A program made the translations under genes and the position numbers. The notes under the pieces are model-generated. The model was not told the origin of the DNA, ran no database searches, and saw only the letters and a program-made list of their open reading frames with translations. A stretch of 42,384 bases of DNA from a virus: IMG/VR virus record IMGVR_UViG_3300017446_000008, positions 1 through 42,384 of that record; one strand, 5' to 3'. Shown piece by piece: positions 1 to 6,939 of this stretch (position 1 is the first letter of the stretch; every line of letters starts with the position of its first letter).

Positions 1-123
1 CTTGGCGCTCACTAATATACTTTTGAATATCCTCATTATCAAGCAATTGACTTGCCTGAGAACGTGCAGATTGAGGCGAATAACCAGCCCTTATTGCTGC
101 CTGTGTTGCATTCAGGTCAATCA
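1..123. repeat. Terminal direct repeat or circularisation overlap, identical to 42262..42384
   Basis: Read directly: bases 1-123 (cttggcgctcactaatatac...ttcaggtcaatca) recur exactly at 42262-42384. Confidence 0.95.
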
Positions 124-160
124 AATATTCATCGCAGAATTGTCTTTGCTGTGAAGTCAA
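1..160 (-). CDS. terS: Terminase small subunit, N-terminal (5') portion; same gene as 41984..42384 joined across the junction
   Basis: Minus-strand translation from TTG at 160 (in-frame TAA four codons upstream) gives LTSQQRQFCDEYLIDLNATQAAIRAGYSPQSARSQASQLLDNEDIQKYISERQ. The NATQAAIxAGYS helix-turn-helix block is typical of small terminases. It lies directly upstream of terL on the circular map. Confidence 0.8.
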   Translation of the reverse strand, partial: MTSQQRQFCDEYLIDLNATQAAIRAGYSPQSARSQASQLLDNEDIQKYISERQ

Positions 161-180
161 AATGTTTAGTTATGTTTAGT
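161..180. repeat. Perfect tandem 10-mer ATGTTTAGT(T/A) x2 abutting the terS start
   Basis: Read directly: aatgtttagt tatgtttagt at 161-180. On the minus strand this is ACTAAACAT-A-ACTAAACAT immediately 5' of the TTG start. Confidence 0.9.
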
Positions 181-187
181 AATTATC

Positions 188-195
188 CAAATATA
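188..195 (-). promoter_or_regulatory. TAnnTTTG-type -7 box (TATATTTG) upstream of terS
   Basis: Plus-strand caaatata is minus-strand TATATTTG, 27 nt upstream of the terS TTG. No convincing -33 TTTG at N19-21. Confidence 0.25.
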
Positions 196-209
196 CAAAT
201 AAAAACATA

Positions 210-228
210 AACAGCTATAATGGCTGTT
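210..228 (-). terminator. Hairpin (AACAGC/GCTGTT) followed by a T-rich tract on the minus strand, downstream of the HNH gene
   Basis: aacagc-tataatg-gctgtt. The minus-strand continuation is tatgtttttatttg. The stem is only 6 bp. Confidence 0.35.
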
Positions 229-281
229 GTTAGTATGGTTATTTTCATGATCTACTATTTACAAACCCAGTCATATAATCA

Positions 282-860
282 TCAACGATTATCCATTTTT
301 GAGCACTCTTTCTTTATACTATCAATTTGATTTTGATCTAGTATACTGTTTCTTTTATTCAATTCATTTATAACTCTTTCGTTATCATTAATATCCAATA
401 ATCTGTGCCCTTTAGCACTATTACACCCCATACAAGCTGTAATTAGGTTTTGAACAATACTAAGGCCACCTTTATCTACAGGAATAATATGATCTATTGT
501 GAGTTTAACCTTGTCCTCAATCGAGGATAGTCCGCAATAAACACATTTAAAATTATCTCTCTTAAATATAGTAAAGTTATTTATCTTTTCAAATTCGCGA
601 TTCTCAAAGGAATATGCCCTGTTACATTCCTTTGAACAAAAAACTTGCTGTTGAACTTTTTTAACAAAACCAACTCCGCATCTTTTGCAGGATGCCGGTG
701 TGAAATCAGTTACGCTTTTTCTTTTCATGATTGTTGACATTTGAGATAAATGTTCATCACAACAAACAGATGGATGCTTTCTATCTGGCTTTAAATCTTT
801 ACCGCAAATCTCACAGTAAAAATAAACTTTTCTTTTAAGTCTAAAGTGTATACTTTCCAT
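282..860 (-). CDS. HNH endonuclease (packaging-associated position)
   Basis: 192-aa ORF with C-terminal motif DHIIPVDKGG...NLITACMGCNSAKGH. The N-terminus has paired Cys motifs (CEICGK...CCDEH, CKRCG...CSKEC). It is the gene directly upstream of terS. Confidence 0.85.
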   Translation of the reverse strand: MESIHFRLKRKVYFYCEICGKDLKPDRKHPSVCCDEHLSQMSTIMKRKSVTDFTPASCKRCGVGFVKKVQQQVFCSKECNRAYSFENREFEKINNFTIFKRDNFKCVYCGLSSIEDKVKLTIDHIIPVDKGGLSIVQNLITACMGCNSAKGHRLLDINDNERVINELNKRNSILDQNQIDSIKKECSKMDNR

Positions 861-973
861 TAAATAACAAACCCCGCTAACGCTAACCGGCCAGGGATAG
901 AATCAACAGGGTTGTTTAAAGTCTTTATTTGCATTCTGGCCAATGCTATTAGTTATGCTAATATAGTAAATAA

Positions 974-1441
974 TTACCAAATAGGCAAGGATAGGTATCT
1001 TTCTATAACTAAAATTGTCTCATCAAAACCAACCGAGAAAGTAGCATAATAACCATCACCTCTTAATATTTCAATACTTTGGTTTTGGCTCCTTAAATGG
1101 TTGTTAGACTTTAAAGTAATTCCATCTTTAAGAAATGGGCTCTCGCCATCCTTTTTTAACTCTATTACAAGCCCGTGGTAGGGTTTTCTTGCTTTCAGTA
1201 TGGTTATGTCTAACACCTTCATATCAGGTGCCTGAGATGCTCTAATTGTAGCTATATTGATAGGTAAATGTAACCCTGCTGCGAAATCTGTTTGAAAATA
1301 TAATAATGGATGATTATGTCTAAGCCATTTTGAAACTTTTGATTGTACCTTTGATTCGGTTGTAGTAGACTTTTCTCTTTTCTTTACCGGTAATGAGTGC
1401 ATAGGCATTAATTCGGATAGTTGTTTTTTGGTGAGGTTCAT
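974..1441 (-). CDS. VRR-NUC-like PD-(D/E)XK nuclease
   Basis: 155-aa ORF with ESKVQSKVSKWL, PDMKVLD, LVIELKKDG, Q..I..L and GFDETILVIERY blocks, which resemble the VRR-NUC nuclease signature. Confidence 0.55.
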   Translation of the reverse strand: MNLTKKQLSELMPMHSLPVKKREKSTTTESKVQSKVSKWLRHNHPLLYFQTDFAAGLHLPINIATIRASQAPDMKVLDITILKARKPYHGLVIELKKDGESPFLKDGITLKSNNHLRSQNQSIEILRGDGYYATFSVGFDETILVIERYLSLPIW

Positions 1442-1444
1442 GGG

Positions 1445-1663
1445 TTAAAACAATTTGCATTTAAAAATTCTTTCAATTCTGTTATTGATTTCCCTTTGAC
1501 AAGAATCCCCTAATTCCAAAAATACATCCCTTAATTCCGGAGCATGGCTTTTGAGAGACTTTGCTCTTTTGTTAAAGTGGTTTCTAAATTGAATTAAATC
1601 TGCATGGGTTAGTTTTTTCAACCCGTCTTCGTATTCAGAGTATATCGGCTTTTTTTCTATCAT
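1445..1663 (-). CDS. Hypothetical protein
   Basis: 72-aa ORF, tightly packed and co-directional with its neighbours. Confidence 0.55.
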   Translation of the reverse strand: MIEKKPIYSEYEDGLKKLTHADLIQFRNHFNKRAKSLKSHAPELRDVFLELGDSCQREINNRIERIFKCKLF

Positions 1664-1860
1664 AATTTCAACATTACTTTAATTTGTTCATCAGTATAAC
1701 CTTCTTTGGATAGGGCAAGGCATTTGTCCCTTTTGATGATGTAATTAGTTAACCATTCCGGCATTATGAATACTTTAGGTTTGGCCTTATAAGTGGACTT
1801 ACCTAATGTATCTTCGAATAACCCACCGTTTGAGTTTGGTATGATTTTACGGGGTGGCAT
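1660..1860 (-). CDS. Hypothetical protein
   Basis: 66-aa ORF with an ATGA start/stop overlap with the next gene. Confidence 0.55.
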   Translation of the reverse strand: MPPRKIIPNSNGGLFEDTLGKSTYKAKPKVFIMPEWLTNYIIKRDKCLALSKEGYTDEQIKVMLKL

Positions 1861-2077
1861 GGTCTTTAATTGTTTTACCTGTCATTAACAAAACCAACCA
1901 TTCTAACTCTTCTTGGGTTTTAATTCCAACTCCTATTTTATGAGTTCCATTAAAATATGCCCAGCCATCGCTATAATGGGCAATCGTGAAATATGGACCC
2001 AATTTATAAACTAAGTATTCATTAAATTCAAAGCCTAGTTCTTCAAGGATACTAGTTGTTATTAATCTATTTTTCAT
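1847..2077 (-). CDS. Hypothetical protein
   Basis: 76-aa ORF, co-directional and packed. Confidence 0.55.
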   Translation of the reverse strand: MKNRLITTSILEELGFEFNEYLVYKLGPYFTIAHYSDGWAYFNGTHKIGVGIKTQEELEWLVLLMTGKTIKDHATP

Positions 2078-2089
2078 TACACAGCCTCC

Positions 2090-2584
2090 TTAGTTACCTG
2101 TTGATCCGTAACCACCATCTCCTCTTTCGCTTTCACTCAATTCATCTACTTCCTCAAATGATACCTGAGGATAAGGCATGATGATCAGTTGGCCGATACG
2201 GTCGCCGACTTTGTATGATTGGGAATATGTTTTATCAATGGGGTCTAATCTCATAACATCTTTTTCAATTCCAGATTCTCTATAAATACCATATTTAAAA
2301 AATATTTCACCTCTATAACCGCTATCTACAATACCACAATGGTTGGTAAGTATTAAATCCTTGCTTGCATTACTACTACGAGGCACAAGCATCATAAAAT
2401 AACCTTCAGGTATTTCAAATGCTAATCCAGTAGCATAACAGATATTACCATATTGATCGGTAGTTTTACTTACCGCGGTCAAATCCATTCCGGCATCCCC
2501 TGGCTTAGCGTATTGTGGAATTTTACTATCTGGATGCAACCTCTTAATTTTAATTACTAATTTTTCTCCGCTATCATTTTGCAT
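2090..2584 (-). CDS. dut: dUTP diphosphatase (trimeric dUTPase)
   Basis: The classical dUTPase motifs are readable: GDAGMDL, PRSS, GIVDSGYRGEI, GDRIGQLII, RGDGGYGSTG. Confidence 0.92.
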   Translation of the reverse strand: MQNDSGEKLVIKIKRLHPDSKIPQYAKPGDAGMDLTAVSKTTDQYGNICYATGLAFEIPEGYFMMLVPRSSNASKDLILTNHCGIVDSGYRGEIFFKYGIYRESGIEKDVMRLDPIDKTYSQSYKVGDRIGQLIIMPYPQVSFEEVDELSESERGDGGYGSTGN

Positions 2585-2790
2585 ATTTCTATAAAATAAG
2601 ATTGTTTATATTTGTTTTTCATGTGGTTGACATCTTTATGCAACCACTGTATGTTATCTATTGTATACCCAAGATTAGAATCTATTCTATCTAAAGAGGC
2701 GGTTTTTAATCTTCGCTTTGACCTATTGTAATCAGTGGTCTGCTTTATAAAACAAAGATTTAAACCAGTTAGAGCGCATTTAGAATCTTG
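2557..2790 (-). pseudogene. Start-less C-terminal remnant of an HNH-type homing endonuclease
   Basis: A 77-codon open frame bounded by TAA (2791-2793) and TAG (2557-2559): QDSKCALTGLNLCFIKQTTDYNRSKRRLKTASLDRIDSNLGYTIDNIQWLHKDVNHMKNKYKQSYFIEICKMIAEKN. The CALTG...ASLDRIDS.xGY..xNxQWxHKxxNxMK pattern matches phage HNH endonucleases. There is no ATG/GTG/TTG before the HNH core, and the 3' end overlaps dut. Confidence 0.55.
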
Positions 2791-2818
2791 TTATCGTAAT
2801 AAAAAATCGGCTAAGTCT

Positions 2819-3310
2819 CTAAAATTTAAGCTGCTTCTTTAAAACCTCAATTTCGGTCTTTAGCTCTTTATTTTTAATCAAAAGCGAATTTCTTTCATCT
2901 ATACTTAGCTTTAACATATGTTTAACCTGTTCAAACTTATTGAAATACTTTCTAAGCAATTCAATTGATTTTTGAATAAGAACAAGACGTAACTTTTGCT
3001 TTTTAGATCTGTCGCTTTCACCTTTATCCTGTTCATGTTTAACAACGTCTAAATACATTTCAGCAATTGCACCATCTGATAATATGAGTGATTCGGTCGC
3101 CTGTATAACATTATCAAAATTTAAGGCATAATACTCTGAAACGGCTCTGTAATGTGTTACTAAATCCTTATCAGGCTCAGAGCTTAAACCATTATAAAGA
3201 TCAAGCTGGCTAAGCGTCTCTAACTTTTCGTTATTACCCGGAAATGGATTTTTTAAAGACGGGCTGTAACTTGGTCCACTGTAATTAAAAAGGAGGCTCT
3301 TCATCGTCAA
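2819..3310 (-). CDS. Hypothetical protein with a coiled-coil C-terminus
   Basis: 163-aa ORF with a heptad-like C-terminus (SIDERNSLLIKNKELKTEIEVLKKQLKF). Confidence 0.6.
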   Translation of the reverse strand: MTMKSLLFNYSGPSYSPSLKNPFPGNNEKLETLSQLDLYNGLSSEPDKDLVTHYRAVSEYYALNFDNVIQATESLILSDGAIAEMYLDVVKHEQDKGESDRSKKQKLRLVLIQKSIELLRKYFNKFEQVKHMLKLSIDERNSLLIKNKELKTEIEVLKKQLKF

Positions 3311-4274
3311 AATTGTTACTTAATGGCATTGTAAAATCTTTTGTTTCGGGTATGTTTAATTCTTCGTGCTCAAAACCATATTTATTCACGCCGTCTATAA
3401 CTTCATAATACCTATTGCGTTTCCAATCAAAGAATAATTTACACATTCCCTTAAAAGATACACCCTTAGGCTTGGCTTTATCAATGTAAACATGGGTTTC
3501 ATTTTCTTTGTACTGCCATCCCGAATTGTCGGATAGGCTTGGATGCGGTCTCCAAAGTGTTATCCATGTCATTGATTTACGGAATGCAGCCTGGCCACCT
3601 GCTGCTTGCCTAGGTAATGGCTTTGGATAATAAGTAAACCCTTTTTCTGTTATCGCTTGCTGACTGGTAGGGTGTATACTTAAAAAGAAATGCCTGTTTG
3701 ATAATCTACACTCACGTCTAAACCAAGAATACAACCACTCAATGTATAAATCCTGCCTGGTACCAAATTTACGCATATCATGCTCTAATTCATTATAAGG
3801 TTCACCAACTATGATGTGAACCTTACGCTGATTTTCCTTTTGCCAATCATCTGCATATTTAAACAGATCTTCAATAGAATATCCTTTACTGTCTTGCGGA
3901 AGAACGAAATATTGATTAAGCCATTCTAATGCAATATAAAATTCTGTATCATCAATTGGATTATAATCAGAAATCAACATTGACTTGCCAGTGTATTTAT
4001 AAATTAGTTCAGCAACAATTTGTTCAGTATTACCAGTCTCGGGAGAGTAAATAAGACTTACATGCCCAAATTTTATCGCTTGATTTATACAGCACTCTAA
4101 AATAAACTCTGACTTACCATGTCCAGGTTCAGCTAACACGGTAGTATAAGAACCTAGCTTAATGCTGTATAATTCGTCAAGGCACTTAAAGCCGGTGTTA
4201 AACCCCCTTGTTAAACCTTCTGTCCTTAACTTTTCAATTTCAGGCAAGAAGTCCATTATATTTTTAATTGGCAT
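3285..4274 (-). CDS. DnaB-like (RecA-fold) replicative helicase
   Basis: 329-aa ORF. TGFKCLDELYSIKLGSYTTVLAEPGHGKSEFILE resembles the DnaB C-terminal domain H1/H1a (Walker A) region. It lies adjacent to the replication initiator gene. Confidence 0.65.
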   Translation of the reverse strand: MPIKNIMDFLPEIEKLRTEGLTRGFNTGFKCLDELYSIKLGSYTTVLAEPGHGKSEFILECCINQAIKFGHVSLIYSPETGNTEQIVAELIYKYTGKSMLISDYNPIDDTEFYIALEWLNQYFVLPQDSKGYSIEDLFKYADDWQKENQRKVHIIVGEPYNELEHDMRKFGTRQDLYIEWLYSWFRRECRLSNRHFFLSIHPTSQQAITEKGFTYYPKPLPRQAAGGQAAFRKSMTWITLWRPHPSLSDNSGWQYKENETHVYIDKAKPKGVSFKGMCKLFFDWKRNRYYEVIDGVNKYGFEHEELNIPETKDFTMPLSNNFDDEEPPF

Positions 4275-4277
4275 AAC

Positions 4278-4985
4278 TTAGTTGGTTAGGTTGCTTACAG
4301 CTACTGATTTGTTAAACTGGTTACTTGACTTATCCCTTTCACACCATGTTGATAATCTACGTGAAGTATCAAATGTCTTTTCTATTTCAAATCTCATCTT
4401 AGTATTAATATGGTTTGGTTCGCTCCAGTAGTCGTAAAACCTCTTTACCATATCGGCTGAATATTTCCCATTTGGGTTAGATTGAGTCTTCACGAAAACA
4501 AATAATGACTCTTTAAAATTTTTAGCTCTATCTAATAGTTTACTATTAGATTTATTAACATTATTGTTTGGTGTCATTTGCGTTTCATCTGCGTTTCGCT
4601 TTGCGTTTCGCTTACTGTTCTGTTTATCGTTTTTATTAGATTGGTAATCATCATATTTACAGACAGTTAACCGTGTCGTTTTTCGTTCGTTTTTCGTTAC
4701 AACCATGTTTTCTTTTTCTAGCAACTTTAGAAAACGTCTAACCTTACTTTTATCCCATTTCCAACGCTTACCCCACGAATCTAACGAGCGTAACGATTCA
4801 CCCCTCCCACATGTAAACTTTTCAAAATTTATAGTAATTTCTGAGGTTTCATGATTAACAGTTAACAGTATATCTATCCAAGCTTCCAACTGTGAATAAG
4901 TGTGAACTGATTTATATATCCAATGATCTTGAAGTTTGCGGTGAATACTAATCCACCCCTTGTTATCTATATTATCAGGCATCAA
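4278..4985 (-). CDS. Replication initiator / replisome-organiser-like protein
   Basis: 235-aa ORF. The N-terminus WISIHRKLQDHWIY... is typical of phage replication proteins with a winged-helix N-domain. There is a basic low-complexity linker. It sits upstream of the helicase and carries internal DNA repeats. Confidence 0.5.
   Translation of the reverse strand: MMPDNIDNKGWISIHRKLQDHWIYKSVHTYSQLEAWIDILLTVNHETSEITINFEKFTCGRGESLRSLDSWGKRWKWDKSKVRRFLKLLEKENMVVTKNERKTTRLTVCKYDDYQSNKNDKQNSKRNAKRNADETQMTPNNNVNKSNSKLLDRAKNFKESLFVFVKTQSNPNGKYSADMVKRFYDYWSEPNHINTKMRFEIEKTFDTSRRLSTWCERDKSSNQFNKSVAVSNLTN
4579..4698. repeat. Iteron-like repeats flanking an AT-rich stretch (candidate origin of replication)
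   Basis: TGCGTTTC occurs at 4579, 4590 and 4602, including a perfect tandem 12-mer TGCGTTTCGCTT x2 at 4590-4613. There is an AT-rich segment at about 4626-4660. A perfect tandem 11-mer CGTTTTTCGTT x2 lies at 4677-4698. Confidence 0.45.
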
Positions 4986-5274
4986 TTTCGTCCCTTTCTT
5001 TATAGGTATTTAAAAAACGTTCTGTTATCCTTACGCCCTTATTGTGCATTACGTTTTGCAGTTCTAAAAAAAGAACATTACTACATAAGGCTATAAAAGC
5101 CTGCTCGAAATGCTTACATTCCTTTCGAGTAATACCAGAAATTAAAACTTCCATCCTATCGAATATCCTGCCGTTGTCTTGGTGTTGCTTGCGTCGAGCA
5201 TAAGGGCACCTTGCTATACCTATATAGACCAACTTGTTTTTATATATTAATATATACACGCTGCATTTATCCAT
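4975..5274 (-). CDS. GIY-YIG-like small nuclease-domain protein
   Basis: 99-aa ORF. VYILIYKNKLVYIGIA....ARRKQH...E resembles the GIY / YIG / Arg / Glu spacing of GIY-YIG domains. Confidence 0.4.
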   Translation of the reverse strand: MDKCSVYILIYKNKLVYIGIARCPYARRKQHQDNGRIFDRMEVLISGITRKECKHFEQAFIALCSNVLFLELQNVMHNKGVRITERFLNTYKERDEIDA

Positions 5275-5276
5275 TT

Positions 5277-5288
5277 CTATACAAATGT
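5277..5288. promoter_or_regulatory. 12-mer CTATACAAATGT (copy 1), overlapping a TACATTTG -7-type box 7 nt upstream of the 5274 ATG
   Basis: Exact repeat of 5500-5511. Minus strand reads TACATTTGtatagaaATG. Confidence 0.45.
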
Positions 5289-5310
5289 AAATTGTAAAAA
5301 GCCTTAAAAT

Positions 5311-5484
5311 TTAATTGACACGTTTTAATATATGTTTTAACTCTACAACATATTTATCAGGAATGGTATTTACTCCCTTTACCCATTGGTTTACTGCTCC
5401 CCTGGTTACACCGAGCTTTTCAGCAACCCAAGTTTGCTTAATTCCATTGCTTTTTAATATGTTATCTAACTCTTGTGCTTTCAT
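5311..5484 (-). CDS. Cro/XRE-type helix-turn-helix regulator (57 aa, below the ORF-track cutoff)
   Basis: Manual translation: MKAQELDNILKSNGIKQTWVAEKLGVTRGAVNQWVKGVNTIPDKYVVELKHILKRVN. QTWVAEKLGVTRGAVNQWVKG is a canonical HTH. Confidence 0.8.
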   Translation of the reverse strand: MKAQELDNILKSNGIKQTWVAEKLGVTRGAVNQWVKGVNTIPDKYVVELKHILKRVN

Positions 5485-5490
5485 TTAATT

Positions 5491-5511
5491 CAAATATAAC
5501 TATACAAATGT
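5491..5511 (-). promoter_or_regulatory. TATATTTG -7-type box (5491-5498) plus 12-mer CTATACAAATGT copy 2 (5500-5511), upstream of the HTH gene
   Basis: Minus strand reads cTTG-N20-TATATTTG-aattaa-ATG. The 12-mer lies inside the spacer. Confidence 0.45.
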
Positions 5512-5552
5512 TCATAAACAAGCTTTATTTAATATTTTCTACAAATCTCCCC

Positions 5553-5804
5553 TCACTTTTGCAAATCTTTCGCCTCTCTTCTTAATAATTGTCTCCTGAA
5601 AAAGATAGCATGATAAGAACGGTTAATAAAAGTAGTAAACCACTTGGCAGGCTTTTCAAGGTTCTCAGAAATTATCCTTAATTCCTTTTCGCTCCAAGTA
5701 TGATATTGCCTCAATGGTGGCCCTTCTACTTTGTCTCTTTCCCTTTTAGAGTTATAGAACTTTTCTTGTTCTCTAACTATCCTGTTTAGTGTTGCTAAGC
5801 TCAT
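5553..5804 (-). CDS. Hypothetical protein
   Basis: 83-aa ORF, basic. The HTWSEKELRIISEN segment is faintly SANT/Myb-like. Confidence 0.5.
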   Translation of the reverse strand: MSLATLNRIVREQEKFYNSKRERDKVEGPPLRQYHTWSEKELRIISENLEKPAKWFTTFINRSYHAIFFRRQLLRREAKDLQK

Positions 5805-5943
5805 ATTCTTGTATCAAATCAATGGTTTTTAAATGGCCAGCGATCAATTCCTGGCATTCTTTTAATTCAGCTAACAGCCGGGTTTCCTTATCGCCCTGCT
5901 GTTTGATCTGTTGGGTTAGGTGTGTTTTGGTTGGGGAGGTCAT
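5773..5943 (-). CDS. Hypothetical protein (start moved to the ATG at 5943)
   Basis: The ATG at 5943 forms an ATGA overlap with the stop of 5940..6389. Sequence begins MTSPTKTHLTQQ...; coiled-coil-like. Confidence 0.5.
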   Translation of the reverse strand: MTSPTKTHLTQQIKQQGDKETRLLAELKECQELIAGHLKTIDLIQEYELSNTKQDS

Positions 5944-6389
5944 AATTGAACCCAATACTTATTGTTAAGCATTTTAACAAGATTTTCTTCGCTACTCAAA
6001 AGAGAATTCTTCATCCTGTTTGTATATTTAAAGTGTATTTTGCCTTTTTCTAAATTAGTAATTTCTAATTGGCAAGACGTACTTACAATCTTAAAGCAAT
6101 CACCTACCTTAAACCTTTCTTGCTCAATTTCAATTTCTTTACGCTTGCCTATAACCCCTTTTAATATAAATTCAGGATCGTAGACTTTATTTTTAATAAC
6201 GCTTCCAGGTATCACGGATTGTATTTTAAACCCATTGGCTAATAAATGGGAAACCATTAAATCCTGCTCAGCTTTATCTAGTTCGTCTTGTGGAACATCT
6301 ATATATTTTTCGCCAATATTTACAGGCCACTCAATTTGCTGAGCAGCCCGTTCAAAATACGACTTACCAAGAGAGGAGGTATTTTTCAT
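5940..6389 (-). CDS. Hypothetical protein
   Basis: 149-aa ORF, packed and co-directional. Confidence 0.6.
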   Translation of the reverse strand: MKNTSSLGKSYFERAAQQIEWPVNIGEKYIDVPQDELDKAEQDLMVSHLLANGFKIQSVIPGSVIKNKVYDPEFILKGVIGKRKEIEIEQERFKVGDCFKIVSTSCQLEITNLEKGKIHFKYTNRMKNSLLSSEENLVKMLNNKYWVQL

Positions 6390-6585
6390 AATTAAATTCT
6401 GTTACTGTTTTAACTTCTATTCCTTCGTTTTGTAATTGTGTTATGCACTTTTCGGATATTGACAAGATTCTAAATTCATTTTTACCCGCTTGTGCAACCT
6501 TCATCAACTGTGATTTAATTGACCTATATTCTATGGTATCGGTTCGCTTTCTTAAAGTATCCGATAATAATGTTTTTTTACTCAT
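6364..6585 (-). CDS. Hypothetical protein
   Basis: 73-aa ORF. Confidence 0.55.
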   Translation of the reverse strand: MSKKTLLSDTLRKRTDTIEYRSIKSQLMKVAQAGKNEFRILSISEKCITQLQNEGIEVKTVTEFNYEKYLLSW

Positions 6586-6588
6586 TTC

Positions 6589-6696
6589 TTAATTATTACA
6601 ATAAGGGCAAACATCACCGAACGCCCTGTAATCCCATGTGTGTGCGCAGGATCCGGTGATGAATATTTCGTGATTATAGATTACTCTATCTTCCAT
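6589..6696 (-). CDS. 35-aa Cys/His-rich mini-protein (zinc-ribbon-like)
   Basis: Manual translation: MEDRVIYNHEIFITGSCAHTWDYRAFGDVCPYCNN (CxH...CxxC). It exactly fills the gap between 6585 and 6681. Confidence 0.4.
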   Translation of the reverse strand: MEDRVIYNHEIFITGSCAHTWDYRAFGDVCPYCNN

Positions 6697-6938
6697 AATG
6701 ATAAAGTATTAAACGCAGTATCTTTATAAGCCCTGCCACGTAAGTTAAAGTGGACTTCTACAACTTGACCTGTGCGCAAATTATCAAGCAGTCTACACTT
6801 ATCATTTACCGCTTCAAACATTAGGGTTTGAGAATACTCACCTTCTGTTTCTAAAATTAATCCACGTTTAGTTAATTTTTCGGTTACTTGTTTATCCCCT
6901 GAAATTGAAACAATTTTTCCTTTTTCTAAATAGCTCAT
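6681..6938 (-). CDS. DUF3127-like OB-fold protein (candidate ssDNA-binding partner of RecT)
   Basis: 85-aa ORF. The pattern KRGLILETEGEYSQTLMFEAVNDKCRLLDNL..GQVVEVHFNLRGR...FNTLSLWKI matches my recollection of DUF3127, a family common in Bacteroidota. It lies next to the exo/recT pair. Confidence 0.5.
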   Translation of the reverse strand: MSYLEKGKIVSISGDKQVTEKLTKRGLILETEGEYSQTLMFEAVNDKCRLLDNLRTGQVVEVHFNLRGRAYKDTAFNTLSLWKIE

Positions 6939-6939
6939 A

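Noticed and set aside
183-248. A 21-codon hydrophobic minus-strand ORF (MKITILTTAIIAVYVFICIFG) between the HNH gene and terS.
   Set aside because: It is very short and is composed largely of the hairpin plus T-rich terminator-like sequence. There is no supporting signal, so it is probably not a gene.
861-973. A 113-nt spacer between the VRR-NUC and HNH genes, with GGCCAG/CTGGCC and GCTAAC x2 repeats, examined as a possible tRNA or other RNA gene.
   Set aside because: I could not build a cloverleaf: there is no T-arm with a TTC-type loop, no acceptor pairing, and the stems are short or imperfect. It is left as an unexplained spacer.
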